The notes under the pieces: model-generated
Database searches by the model: none
The model's input: the letters and a program-made list of their open reading frames with translations, nothing else
Told to the model about the DNA's origin: nothing
In this document: positions 19,945-31,361 of the stretch, piece after piece
How the letters are laid out: every line of letters begins with the position of its first letter
Position numbering within the stretch: position 1 is the stretch's first letter
Assembly: GCA_963833125.1 (NCBI GenBank)
Contig: CAWHWX010000005.1
Span: forward strand, 32,001-96,000
Reading direction: 5' to 3'
Length of the DNA: 64,000 nucleotides
From: Candidatus Bathyarchaeota archaeon
Lineage (GTDB): Archaea; Thermoproteota; Bathyarchaeia; 40CM-2-53-6
Made by a program: the position numbers and the translations under genes

Positions 19945-21349
19945 TTAGCCGACTGAGCCGGCCATTTCCATTTGGATGAGCCTGTTCAATTCGATGGCGT
20001 ATTCCATTGGTAGTTCCTTTGTGAATGGTTCCATGAATCCCATGACGATCATGCTGAGTGCCTCTTGCTCTGATAAGTCCGCGGGACATGAGGTAGAATA
20101 GTTGGTCTTCGCCGATCTTGCCCACTGATGCCTCATGGGTAGTTGTAGCGTCGTCTTCGTTGATCTCGTTGTAGGGGTAAGTATCCGTCCTTGAAAATTC
20201 ATCAAGCAGTAGGGCGTCGCATCTGACGGTTGATCTAACCTGCTTAGCTCCCTTGGCGACGTGGAGGAGGCCTCGGTAGGTAGTCCTACCCCCATCCTTT
20301 GAGACTGATTTGGAAGTAATTCGAGAAGTTGTGCGTGGGGCGAGGTGTACGACCTTTCCGCCGGCGTCTTGGTGTTGGCCTTTGCCAGCAAATGCAACTG
20401 AGAGAATCTCTCCTTTCGCTCCTGGTCCGAGCAAGTAGATTGATGGATATTTCATCGTGAGTTTGCTGCCGAGGTTTCCGTCAACCCATTCAACAGTCGC
20501 GTTGGCGTATGCGTAGGCTCGCTTCGTGACCAAGTTGTAGACGTCACCAGACCAATTCTGGATAGTTGTGTAACGCACGGACGCGCCAGGTCTAGCTATA
20601 ATCTCAACCACCGCTGAGTGCAGTGAATCAGTGGAGTAAATTGGGGCTGTACAACCTTCTATGTAGTGAACGCGGCTGTTCTCATCGGCTATGATGAGCG
20701 TTCGCTCAAACTGGCCCATGTTCTGCGTGTTGATTCTGAAATATGCCTGAAGCGGCACATCAACTGTAACGCCTGGTGGCACATAGATGAAACTTCCGCC
20801 ACTCCAAACCGCGCTGTTCAATGCTGCGAACTTGTTGTCTTCGGGTGGAACGACGGTCCCGAAATATTTCTTGAAGATTTCCGGGTTTTCACGTAAAGCC
20901 GTGTCGGTGTCCTTGAAAATGATTCCTTTCTTCGCGAGGTCGTCTCTGAGGCTGTGGTAAACGACTTCAGATTCGTACTGAGCTCCAACGCCACCCAAGA
21001 ACTTCTGCTCGGCTTCTGGTATGCCTAGTTTGTCGAAGGTGTTCTTGATGTACGGGGGCACGTCCTCCCATGAACGGCTTTTCTTCTCGGTAGGGCTTGC
21101 GTAATACAACATTTCGTCGAACTTGAGAGTGGTAAGGTCCCCGCCCCACATGGGTAAGGGCCTCTTCAAGTAATGATCATAAGCGCGCAGCCTGAACTGG
21201 AGCATCCAGTCAGGTTCCTTCTTGATCTTAGAAATTCTCTCGACAACTTCTCTGGTCAATCCCGGCGGAAACTTATACTCGTAATCTTCGGTGGAGTCTC
21301 TAAAGTTATACTTAGTATAGTCAATGTCGAGAGTTTGTTTAGTTGCCAT
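19945..21349 (-). CDS. sufB: Fe-S cluster assembly protein SufB, frameshifted near 20070
   Basis: [31 protein letters not shown]. Confidence 0.95.
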
Positions 21350-21396
21350 CGTTAATCACTGAGCCCCTCCTATGACATACGTTATAAGTGTTCCCT

Positions 21397-22185
21397 TCAA
21401 ACGGTTGCAGCAGCCTCCTGCTCGATCCACGAGTACCCTTTCTCTTCAAGCAACTTCGCCAGCTCGGGTCCTCCAGACCTGAATATTCGACCATTCACCA
21501 TCACATGCACGAATTGCGGCCTAATATAATCAAGAATCCGTTGATAATGAGTGATCAGCAGAACGCCCATCTGTGGGCCAGCCATTCGAGCAACAACCTC
21601 CGCAACCTTCCTCACAGCGTCAATATCCAAACCCGAATCTGTCTCATCCATAATGGCTATCGCAGGTTGAAGAATTGCCATTTGAAGAACTTCAGCCCGC
21701 TTCTTTTCGCCCCCAGAGAATCCTTCGTTCAAATAGCGTTTCGAAAATGCAGGGTCCATATCGACCTCTTTCATTTTCTCCTCAAGCTTTTTCTTGAATG
21801 CAAGAGCCGAGATCATTTCCCCGCCGACACCTTTTGTGTCGCTCTTCGCCTCACCCTTTAGAGATCTGTAGGCAGAGCGAAGGAATTGTGCGAGCGGAAC
21901 ACCGGAAATTTCGAGGGGGTATTGGAACGCTAGGAAAAGGCCTCGCTTCGCGCGTTGGTCTGGCGCCATGCTTACGATGCTTTCGCCGTTGACCAAGATG
22001 TCGCCGCTATCGACTTTGTATTTTGGATGGCCCATCAGCGTGTTTGCTAATGTGCTCTTTCCTGAACCGTTCGGGCCCATGATCGCGTGAATTTCACCTT
22101 GAACAACCTTCAGATCAACCCCTTTCAGAATCTGTTTACCTTCGATACTAACGTGAAGATCTTTGATTTCGAGTGTGGTCGGCAT
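21397..22185 (-). CDS. sufC: Fe-S cluster assembly ATPase SufC
   Basis: GPNGSGKST, GFSGGEKKR, DETDSGLD, ITHYQRIL. Confidence 0.96.
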   Translation of the reverse strand: MPTTLEIKDLHVSIEGKQILKGVDLKVVQGEIHAIMGPNGSGKSTLANTLMGHPKYKVDSGDILVNGESIVSMAPDQRAKRGLFLAFQYPLEISGVPLAQFLRSAYRSLKGEAKSDTKGVGGEMISALAFKKKLEEKMKEVDMDPAFSKRYLNEGFSGGEKKRAEVLQMAILQPAIAIMDETDSGLDIDAVRKVAEVVARMAGPQMGVLLITHYQRILDYIRPQFVHVMVNGRIFRSGGPELAKLLEEKGYSWIEQEAAATV

Positions 22186-22427
22186 ACAATTTCATCTGTA
22201 AGAGTTTTGTTCGGGTAGAGGGAAATTGGCGCTATTAAATATGACGTACGTTATGAAAAGTTCAGAACCCAACTGGTAACGGGGCGGACTTTCGATAAGG
22301 GCCGCGCTTCCGCTTCCGAGACTTCGTCCTCTTCTCAATGTTACGCTGAATATGATCAGTGACGTCCGACATAGTTTCGCACAACACCACTCGACGTAAA
22401 TGGCGAACTTAATCCTAAGAGTTGTTA

Positions 22428-22904
22428 CTAGGTTTTAGGTTGCTTCTCAACAGGTTCGTAAGTCACACCCATGCTCCCTTTGTTTCCATGAAATACTGAT
22501 CGATAGTTGCCAACGTTGGTTGGTACCTTAGAAAGGCGCTCAGGGCTCCAAACTAGAAGCTCCCGATCATACTCCGCAAGTTCGTAATCTGGTGAGTAAT
22601 CCAGTGCTCCCGTCGGACAGTAGTCTGTGCAGAAATGGCAAAAACAGCATCGCGCATACCAATACTGAGGGAATCGGTTTTCAGGGTTCTGCGGGTGTTC
22701 CTTCCCGTCGGCAGCTTGCACGAACGATATGCATCTCTCGGGACAGATCCACGCACAAATTCCGCATCCAGTGCACTTGTCCATGTAGAGGATGTGTCTC
22801 CCCCTGAACCCTTTGGGTAGCAGAACTTTCTGGTAGGGATACTTCAAGGTGAAAGTTCGTTTGAAGATATGCTTGATTCCTTCATACATCGCCCCAAAAA
22901 CCAT
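22428..22904 (-). CDS. nuoI: Complex I-like subunit I (2x[4Fe-4S])
   Basis: CTGCGICAWICP and CCFCHFCTDYCP. Confidence 0.9.
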   Translation of the reverse strand: MVFGAMYEGIKHIFKRTFTLKYPYQKVLLPKGFRGRHILYMDKCTGCGICAWICPERCISFVQAADGKEHPQNPENRFPQYWYARCCFCHFCTDYCPTGALDYSPDYELAEYDRELLVWSPERLSKVPTNVGNYRSVFHGNKGSMGVTYEPVEKQPKT

Positions 22905-22916
22905 GAGAAATCCTCC

Positions 22917-24066
22917 TTACCTGTCTGCCTCTACTGGCCAATAGTCTAGGCTGCCGTAAATGATGGGCATGTCTGCGACGTGCACGTTTCGAAGTAAGTA
23001 GGGCAGTGCTATGAGGCTTCGGAATGAGCCGTTCATTATTTTCACTCGGCTCGGTTTGTCGCTGTTGTCGCCCTTCACCAAGTACGTTAATTCACCTCGG
23101 GAGGATTCAACGCGGCCGATCGCTTCACCTTCCGGTATGATCAGTGGAGCTTTTCGAGCGATTGGTCCCTTGGGCATTTTCTCGAGTGCTTGGCGAATTA
23201 TTCTGATGCTCTGTTTCATCTCTTCGAACCGGACTAGGAAGCGTGCGTAGGAGTCGCCTTCCTCAAAGGTTGGGACCTCAAAATCTAAGTCAGCATAAGC
23301 GCCGTATGGTTCTACCTTGCGGACATCGTACTTGACTCCCGACCCTCGCAGAACCGGCCCTGTAAGGCCAAGTCTTATCGCTTCTTCACGTTTGAGTGTG
23401 CCTATGCCTTTGGCGCGGGCGATGACGAGTGGGTTGCTGAAGAATATGCGATCATATTCGCCAAGTCTCCTTTCGAAATAGTCGAGCAATTTGAGGAGGC
23501 GGTCTTGGAATTCAGCGGGAAGGTCACGCCTCGGCCCTCCAGGTGGAAGGAACGAGTAGGTTAACCGGGCACCGAGTTAACATCTCAGCCAACTCGATGA
23601 ACAGATCGCGATCTCCGAAAGCGTACATGAAGATCGTGGTGTGGCCTGAGAATACGCCGGCATTGATCGCCAGCCAATATAGGTGGCTCATTATACGGTT
23701 CATTTCGGCTGCTATCGTCGAGATGTATAGTCCTCTCGGAGGAACAACCACACCTTGCAATTCTTCGATCGGAAGAACGTAGCCCCAATTGAGGTGGATG
23801 GCATCGATGATACATGGCCTCTCTAGGTGTGGAATGTTGCTTACTGCGGTTCGGTATTCAGCGATTTTTTCGCAGCCGCGGTGGACATATCCGATATCTG
23901 GATCGACGTTGACTATGTAATCGCCGTCAACGCGGATGAGCATTCGTAGGTGGCCTGAACCCGGGTGTTGCGGTCCAACTGACACGTCCAGCGTTGATGG
24001 TTCTTTCGCGGCTGTAATTGTGATGGGTGGTGCTGGTGGTTTCGTTTGGTCTGGGTTCGTTGTCAT
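22917..24066 (-). CDS. nuoD: Complex I-like subunit D, frameshifted near 23570
   Basis: GPQHP, GYVHRG.EK, ESSRGE, C-terminal DYWPVEADR; no NiFe CxxC pairs. Confidence 0.9.
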
Positions 24067-24556
24067 CGTTGGCCCATCTCTGGGAATTTGATGTCTTTTA
24101 GCATCGGCGGCGGTCCGTCCCAGTTATCTAAAGTCAAGAGTTTCCTAAGGTCTGGGTGTCCTTCGAACTTGACGCCAAACATTTCGAATGTTTCGCGTTC
24201 GTGAAAATGAGCGCTCTCCCATACAGTAACGGCTGAGGCGATTGTTGGGTTGTCGCGAGGTAATTCTGCTTGTAGAACACGATTAGATCTTCGATTTCTG
24301 GTTTTGAGAGGGAGCCGGTGAAGTAGAGGACCTCTATCTTCTTGTGGGTTAGGTCGTCGACGCCAGCCACTCCCTTGACGTGATCGAAACCTAGTTCGTC
24401 GCGCATGAATTGTGCGATGTCAAGCAGCTTATCCTTATCGAAAGGGATTGTTATGCGATGTTTCCCTTCGATCTTCGAACCCTTGATGGCTTCGGGGAAA
24501 CGGGTTTTCAGTTTGTTCACTAGGTCTTCTTCTCTAGTGGGGCTTTGGGTAGCCAC
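24063..24556 (-). CDS. nuoC: Complex I-like subunit C, frameshifted near 24270
   Basis: GFDH...AGVD, then WESAHFHERETFEMFGVKFEGHPD in another frame. Confidence 0.88.
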
Positions 24557-25074
24557 TAGGCGAATACCTCTTCTCTACGTATTTTTTCTCGGAGCTTCAC
24601 AATTGCGCTAAGGAGCGCTTCGGGTCTCGGGGGGCATCCTGGGATGTATACGTCTACGGGAAAGAGCTTGTGAACGTCGTTTACTATGCTGTACGAGTCA
24701 TGAAACAGCCCGCCCGAACATGCGCAGTCGCCCATTGCTACTACGTAACGTGGCTTCGCCATCTGCTCGTAAACGATCTTCAATCGCTTGGCCATTTTCT
24801 TGGTGACCGTACCTTCGACGATCAGAAGATCGCACTGTCTTAGTCCTCCGGCTACTGCTTGCAGTCCGAATCTTTCAGGGTCCAGGCGTGGGCCCATCAT
24901 GGCGCCGAACTCAGCGCTGCAACATGCGGTTGTGATGTGAACGGGCCATAGAGCGTACATGCGGCTCCAGTTGATCAGATACTTGACAGGGCCAGAGCCA
25001 GTTATTGTTCTTACGACTTCGCTGATCTTTCCTATCCAGACCCCAGCGAAGTCCTGGAGTGTTTCCTGGCTCAT
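24556..25074 (-). CDS. nuoB: Complex I-like subunit B
   Basis: TACCSAE, AMGDCACSGG, PVDVYIPGCPPRPEA. Confidence 0.94.
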   Translation of the reverse strand: MSQETLQDFAGVWIGKISEVVRTITGSGPVKYLINWSRMYALWPVHITTACCSAEFGAMMGPRLDPERFGLQAVAGGLRQCDLLIVEGTVTKKMAKRLKIVYEQMAKPRYVVAMGDCACSGGLFHDSYSIVNDVHKLFPVDVYIPGCPPRPEALLSAIVKLREKIRREEVFA

Positions 25075-25177
25075 TCTTGCCCGTCCCTTAGGTTAAGCAC
25101 ACGGGTGCGAACACTATTGAAAAACTTTGTCAGGTGAATGGGGCATGTCGTATCAATGACAGACATGAGAGCACAGG

Positions 25178-25639
25178 CTAGGTTGCCAGTTCCTTTAGAG
25201 CCGACACTACTTCCTCGGTGTGCTTTGTCACGTCCACTGTCGGAAATATCTTCGCCACTTTCCCTGACTTGTTGATGATGAATGTTACGCGGCTGGCGGA
25301 TGTTCCAGTGTCCTTTAGGACACCATACGCATTCGCTATCTTCTTCTCTTTGTCGCTGATGAGTGGAAACGGTAGCCCATATTTTGACGCGAACTTACTG
25401 TGAGACTGGATACTGTCTAAGCTCACTCCAATAATTTCAGCGCCCATGTCTCTTATCGGTTGCAGGTTGTCCCTGAAGCTGCAAGCTTCCTTTGTGCACC
25501 CCGGTGTGTCATCCTTTGGGTAGAAGTAGAGTACTACATTCTTCTTTCCTACAAAGTCCTTCAGCCCCAGTCTACTTCCATCTGAGGTTGGACCTTCAAA
25601 ATCCGGGGCTGGGTCTCCCGCTTTCACTTTTATTGGCAT
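25178..25639 (-). CDS. bcp: Peroxiredoxin (BCP/PrxQ)
   Basis: YFYPKDDTPGCTKEACSFRD. Confidence 0.94.
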   Translation of the reverse strand: MPIKVKAGDPAPDFEGPTSDGSRLGLKDFVGKKNVVLYFYPKDDTPGCTKEACSFRDNLQPIRDMGAEIIGVSLDSIQSHSKFASKYGLPFPLISDKEKKIANAYGVLKDTGTSASRVTFIINKSGKVAKIFPTVDVTKHTEEVVSALKELAT

Positions 25640-25682
25640 TAATTAAAACACGACTTTTGCGTAATCGCGTTGATGGTCTAGA

Positions 25683-26067
25683 TCACTGTTCGCATACGTG
25701 ACAGGAGTTTACGTCCATGGTGGGTTCAAGTTTCTTGTGAAGGTCGCACATGTACCGATTTCTGCGAACATAATCGCATGCTGATTCGATCTTGCTCATA
25801 ACCTCAATCTGAGGAACCTTTCTCGAGGATACAAGTTCTGCGATCTCTCCTGTTGCTCGGTCAATCTCCTTTATTCCGTTGAGCTTGATCGCTGCGCCGA
25901 CGTTTTTCGTGAAGGTATTTGCTGACGGCTGGCTGCGTTACTCCGAGAAGTTTCGCTGCCTCCTGTTGCGTTAACCCGTGCTCCTCGACGAGGCGCTTAA
26001 CAACCAACGCCCTGATCGCAGGGATGACGGATTTCGAAGCTAACTCTTCAGGGAGAATCATAGGCAT
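25683..26067 (-). CDS. HTH transcriptional regulator with a C-terminal Cys/His site, frameshifted near 25900
   Basis: GLTQQEAAKLLGVTQPAVSKYL; continues as MCDLHKKLEP..SCHVC. Confidence 0.8.
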
Positions 26068-26131
26068 AGGAGATTTCCACGACTCCGAGTATGACAGAGG
26101 TTATATAAACGTGCTAGGTCGACTTTCCAAT

Positions 26132-27608
26132 CTACAGTCTTTCCTGCGATTCGCTAGGTAGCAGAATATCGTGGGGTCCGGCTTCTTGCGCACCTGAAGG
26201 GCTCAGCGCCGCTAACTTTGCTTTGCTCCAAAGTTCCTCAATATTTCGTGCGCCTGCATATCCCATCGACGCGCGGAGACCCGAAGTTAATTCATCGAGG
26301 GCGATTGTAACTTCGCCCTTGTACGGCACCCAACCCTCGACTCCTTCTGGGACACCTTTGGATGGCATGCTGTAGCGGTCGAGCGAGTACCTCTTTGCAC
26401 GTGCTGTGGGGCTGCCCATCCCTCGATATTGCTTGTAGTATCGGCCTCCAATTGTAATGAGGTTTCCAGGAGATTCCTTACACCGGGCAAAGAGGTTTCC
26501 GATCATGGCTGCAGATGCTCCGGCGGTCAGAGCGATCGCTACATCTCCTGGAGTTCGGATGCCTCCATCAGCGATTATCGGAATCTTCGCTGCATATTTC
26601 GCCACCGCGTCTGAAACTTGTGCCGTTGCGAAGAGGGTTGGTGATCCTGCTTTTGTTACCTCTGCGGTCGTGCAGATCGATCCTGATCCAATACCGACCC
26701 TGAAACCGCTTATCCCCTTCCAATTCAGTGATAGCGTCCTCAGCCGCTTCGAAAGTTCCTATATTCCCAACAACGACCTCGGCGGAAACATCAGCCATGA
26801 TTTTCTTCGTGGCTCTAAAGACGTTTTCATTGTGGAAATGTGAAACGTCCGTGACTAGAATGTCAGCGTATTCATCGAGTTTCTTCGCTCTATCGAGGTC
26901 GAAGGGCGACACGGCTGCAGCGCATAACAGATGGCCGGTCTCGTCGCGGGCCGCGTCAGGGTATTTCCCCCTCAATAGGATGTCCTTGAAGGTCATTAGG
27001 CCTGAGAGTTCTCCGACCTCGTTAACGATTGGGAGTTTCTCGATCTTGTGGTCGTGAAGCAGACGTTGGGCCTCCTCCAACGTCGTTCCTTCTTCGGCTT
27101 TTACGACCTCCTTAGTCATAACCTGCTTCACAAGAAGGGTTGGTTGTGAAAATCGAAGGTCGCGGCCAGTCACTATGCCGACGAGCTTTGTCCCATCCAC
27201 CACAGGGAAGCCCGATATGTTATGTTGTTCCATGAGCGCTAACGTTTGCCCAACTGTGTCGGTAGGCGTGACCGTGATCACGTCGCGTATTATGACAGCC
27301 TCCGCTCTTTTGACTCGCTTTACCATCTCCACCTGCTCTTCTGTAGAGCAGTTTCTGTGAACAACGCCGAGCCCGCCTTGTCGCGCAATCGCGATGGCCA
27401 TGTCACTTTCCGTGACCGTATCCATCGGTGACGATACAAACGGAATGTTGAGCGCATGTCTCTTTGTTACGCGGGTGTGCACGTCGACTTCGCTTGGTTC
27501 AACTTCGGCTCTTCCTGGAAGGATCACAACGTCGCGAAATGTTAATGCAACTTGTATATCCTTGAACTTCGCTAGAAACGATTGTCTCGAGGTTTCCTCG
27601 GCTTTCAA
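26132..27608 (-). CDS. guaB: IMP dehydrogenase with CBS domains, frameshifted near 26715
   Basis: SSPMDTVTE, GIGSGSICTT, IADGGIR, YRGMGS, PEGVEG. Confidence 0.95.
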
Positions 27609-27674
27609 GGGTTTGACTCTCTATTGGTGCAATTATGATGGTTCGGAATTTAAGCTATAATTGCCTAACGAAAC

Positions 27675-28418
27675 CTAGAATTCAATTCGGGCCAAATCTG
27701 TTGCGAGCGTCACGTCACTTCCATACGCTTTGGTTGCTTCACGAAGGAATTCTTCCTCCCTATGATCATTGGGGGGTGGGATGTGGAACAACGCTAAGCG
27801 TTTCGCTTTCGCTTCTCTTCCACTGCTTCCAGCCATGCGAGCCGTGGAATGCTTGGTTAACTCCGCGATCGGGGCCTGGTCCTCGAGGAATGTCGCTTCA
27901 TGGATTAGCAAGTCGACGTCCTGCGCCAATTCTATGAGCGTAGGGGAATAGATTGTGTCGGCGCCGTAGCAGATCGATTTTCCGCCTGAATCAAGCCTGA
28001 ATGCCAAGGTTGGAATGCTGTGGTCTGTTTGGCAGGTTTGAATGCTGCCCTCCGTGTCCCCGAATTGCATCTCGGTAATCGTCAGCGGGAACGTGAAGAA
28101 GTTGTCCGGCGTATTCGTGCATTCTCGCAGCTTCTGGAAGATCACTTTGAATCCCGGTGGTCCAATGATACGTAGTGGGTTCTTGCGTCCGTCGATCTGA
28201 ATCGCCCATAGGAACGGGATTAGATCGGATACGTGATCCGCGTGGCAGTGGGAGATGAAGACCGATGACAAACGCTCCGTCTCAATCCGCGATCGGCGTA
28301 TGTTTCCAAGCGATCCTGGCCCAAGATCGAAAACAATTGATTCATCCACCAGCATAGAAGGGCAGGCTCGCTTTGCACTCACGGCTGACCCTCCTGAACC
28401 TAGAAAGGTGAGTTTCAA
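27675..28418 (-). CDS. Metallo-beta-lactamase fold hydrolase, RNase Z-like
   Basis: SHCHADH, LIHEATF, KHSTA, LFH. Confidence 0.88.
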   Translation of the reverse strand: MKLTFLGSGGSAVSAKRACPSMLVDESIVFDLGPGSLGNIRRSRIETERLSSVFISHCHADHVSDLIPFLWAIQIDGRKNPLRIIGPPGFKVIFQKLRECTNTPDNFFTFPLTITEMQFGDTEGSIQTCQTDHSIPTLAFRLDSGGKSICYGADTIYSPTLIELAQDVDLLIHEATFLEDQAPIAELTKHSTARMAGSSGREAKAKRLALFHIPPPNDHREEEFLREATKAYGSDVTLATDLARIEF

Positions 28419-28426
28419 CTAGAGAT

Positions 28427-28507
28427 CTACCGTTTTCGCTTTGAACGCTTTCTTGTTTTGCGGTTGGTTGGCGGGGAATCGATCGGTGCAACTACTTCAT
28501 CGCTCAT
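28427..28507 (-). CDS. Possible 26-aa basic peptide (MSDEVVAPIDSPPTNRKTRKRSKRKR)
   Basis: AGGTGA SD upstream of the ATG; ends 9 nt before the MBL hydrolase start. Confidence 0.35.
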   Translation of the reverse strand: MSDEVVAPIDSPPTNRKTRKRSKRKR

Positions 28508-28773
28508 ATCGGTCACCTTAGTTGAGGAATCACCTCGTCCCTAAAGGTTTCTAGGGGTCGGATTCCAGTGTCCCCTGTAAAGCCCAAGAAGAAATTCTTC
28601 CACCTAAGTCTTTGAATTTTCTCAGTTGATTGGCGCAAACATTTGGGGTCCGAGGATAAACCCTCTGTCGACCAGACTTTTTCGACGTATCACGTTTGCT
28701 CTCTGAACTACGATAAGCACTTATAGCGCAAGTTCGGTTTTGACTGCATCATCATTAAGGAAAGTGCAAATCT

Positions 28774-29211
28774 ATGGGAAGCGGTGCCGGTGGCATTCTA
28801 GCTGCAAGGAAGGCAAAGAAGGATCGGCGTCGCTTTAGATGGCACTACAGGCCTTTCAAACGTAGAATGCTTGGCCTTGACTATAAGGCGGATCCATTGC
28901 AGGGAGCGCCGCAGGGACGTGGCATCGTTCTCGAAAAAGTTGGAGTAGAGTCGCGCCAACCGAACAGCGCTGTAAGGAAAGCGGTGCGCGTTCAACTGAT
29001 CAAGAATGGTAAGGTCATTACTGCTTTCGTGCCTGGTGACGGCGCACTCAACTTTATCGACGAACATGACGAGGTTCTGATCGAAGGGATTGGCGGTGCG
29101 GAAGGCAAAGCGATGGGTGACATTCCCGGGATACGATACAAGGTCTATGCCATCAATTCCGTATCGCTAGACGCTTTGATGAAGGGTAAGAAAGAGAAAC
29201 CAAGACGTTAG
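28774..29211 (+). CDS. rps12: 30S ribosomal protein uS12 (archaeal type)
   Basis: [33 protein letters not shown]. Confidence 0.97.
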   Translation: MGSGAGGILAARKAKKDRRRFRWHYRPFKRRMLGLDYKADPLQGAPQGRGIVLEKVGVESRQPNSAVRKAVRVQLIKNGKVITAFVPGDGALNFIDEHDEVLIEGIGGAEGKAMGDIPGIRYKVYAINSVSLDALMKGKKEKPRR

Positions 29212-29233
29212 ACTAGTCTCGTGAAAGATTAGC

Positions 29234-30275
29234 TCACAGGTGTTTCTTCCAATTCTCGATTAGGCGCCCTAAGGATAGGGCAGATAACGCGCCAAGCAAG
29301 ATGAAACTCAACAGTACCGAAATGGCTCCGACCATAAGCAGCATTGAGATTCCCAACGTTTCTCCCAAAACTAGGACTAAAACTGCGGTAACGCACGATG
29401 CGAAGGATACCTGCAAACTTCTACGGCCTATTGCACGTTTGCCTAATTTGGAGATCTTGCAAAAGGCCGCGACAATCGGTCCCACATAGACGCTGCCAAT
29501 GCCGATCGCAGCGAATACTCCGGCCGCCGTTACGGCTAGTTCTCCATTGAATGAAAGTGTCGTGAAAATTCTATCGGAGACGTAAAGAATCCCGATTAGT
29601 GGGTACAGTAGGATTCTCGCGGCTGATCTTACCGCCGGCTTGGACGCTATGAAGGAAGCCACCTGAGGGCTGAAGCTATAGTAGAATGAGTTGAAGGCCA
29701 GCATGAAACTTCTTCCTGCGGAGGTTGTGGAGATCTTCTTGTCTCTGAGATTGCGGAGGAGTGTAACTTCAGGTGAGAGTTCCGAGCCGTATGTTGCGGT
29801 TGCGATGAAGCATTGGCTTGGTGGAGTCGTTTGTGATGTTGAGGATGACGAGGTTGTGGTCGAAGGCGTTTGATTTAGAACGTTAAACTGTGTTTGTTGC
29901 GCGGCCGTGAGATTGCCCTTATCGAGCCGTAACGTAGATGGTGTACTGGCCTGGTGGAAAGGCGTTAGATAGGACGAATTGGTTCGAATAGGATCCGGAT
30001 TGATCTGAGGAGACGAGTTGCACGTAAATGGGCGGTTCGTTTACCTCGATCGACACTGCGGCCCCTACGATTGGGTTGCTCTGGTTGTCCACAACCTTAC
30101 CGAAAATCGAAACCGTGTCGCCCGGCGCGTACTGAGTTTGATTTGTGGATACTGTAACGTTCAGTGAGCCTTGTGAGAAGACTTGTGGTGAAAGCAACAT
30201 CACAGAAAATATGATTATGACAAGTGCTCTTCTCACAGTATGCAGTGGATCCACCTTTGGAGAGCTGCACATCAA
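29234..30275 (-). CDS. Surface protein with MG2-like domain and CFI-box-CTERM, frameshifted near 29920
   Basis: Signal peptide; QCFIATATYGSELSPEV..LRNLRD; C-terminal TM helices. Confidence 0.82.
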
Positions 30276-30319
30276 AGGATTAAATTTAGTTTATCCCATT
30301 GTGTGCTTCGGAACATTGC

Positions 30320-31354
30320 TCACTCGAAGAGAGCAAGTAGCTTCGTGTCTGCAAGTTCCCCGGTTGTGCCATTCACGACGGTTTCGTGTGGCACGAGTCC
30401 CTTCTGAGTTGGAACCCTGATCAAGGGCACGTATATCCGCTTTAGCTCTGTTACCTGTAGTTTGTTGCTTAGGATCTGCTTGAAGTTTTCAGGCATACGT
30501 ATTACTTGTTCTCTGAATTTCGCAAGTAACATATCCTTTGGTACTGCTGGATCGCGGATTTGCACTTTGGCTCCGCGAACTTTCATATCTTCCTCGTCGA
30601 AAATCCTCTTTGACTTCCATGAAGTCAATTCAGCTTCGTCGTCAGCAGAGACCGGGCGGCCTGCTCCGCTAATTACGAGTTCTGCTTCGGATGATTTACT
30701 GGCTAGCTCGAGGGCGTCGGTGATTACGAAGTATTTCGATTCGTTTGACAGGAATGAGCTTATTCTCTGTAGTCTATCCATTATCGCTACTGGAATGAGG
30801 CGACTATGTTTGCGTTCGAGCATTAGGTCTCGACTCTGTCCCTCCATCTCAACCGCAACAACATCATCTTTCAGGTTCACTTTGTATGAGCTGCCGCGGA
30901 TGTAGTAGCACTCATGGAAGCCCTTCACTTTCCAAATGGGAACGAATTCAACGGTCGGAGTTCCGACCAAATTGAAGTCCTCTTTTCTTTTTCTGAATGA
31001 GAGGCGTTCTCCAAGCGTTCTGTTCGAGGAGACGGCGATTTCAACCGCCCTCTTGATCGAGATTGGTTCAATTTTGAAGACTTGTTCAACGACTTGGTTA
31101 GCGTCCCATCCGTTTCCAGTCTTGAGCCCTTTGATTTCTTTCTTCTCTAGAGGGACTTCGCCTATTTGCTGCAGCCTACTGGCGAGGTATTCTTCGAGTG
31201 CAATCGTGTTCGGATCCTCAGTTGGTTTGCCGTTCTCGTTAATGTGGTCCATGTTCTTTGGCGCAGAAGTTATTGTTCCCCATCCTTCACCCTCGTGACT
31301 GCGATTAAGGTTCGAGATGATGTCGTCTAAGTTGTTGCCCTTTGAGTCTGACAT
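30320..31354 (-). CDS. Conserved archaeal hypothetical protein
   Basis: 344 aa ORF with duplicated (F/Y)VP motifs and terminal VNGTTGE. Confidence 0.8.
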   Translation of the reverse strand: MSDSKGNNLDDIISNLNRSHEGEGWGTITSAPKNMDHINENGKPTEDPNTIALEEYLASRLQQIGEVPLEKKEIKGLKTGNGWDANQVVEQVFKIEPISIKRAVEIAVSSNRTLGERLSFRKRKEDFNLVGTPTVEFVPIWKVKGFHECYYIRGSSYKVNLKDDVVAVEMEGQSRDLMLERKHSRLIPVAIMDRLQRISSFLSNESKYFVITDALELASKSSEAELVISGAGRPVSADDEAELTSWKSKRIFDEEDMKVRGAKVQIRDPAVPKDMLLAKFREQVIRMPENFKQILSNKLQVTELKRIYVPLIRVPTQKGLVPHETVVNGTTGELADTKLLALFE

Positions 31355-31361
31355 GTGCGTC

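Noticed and set aside
22917-24066. NiFe hydrogenase large subunit
   Set aside because: Both CxxC nickel-binding motifs are absent.
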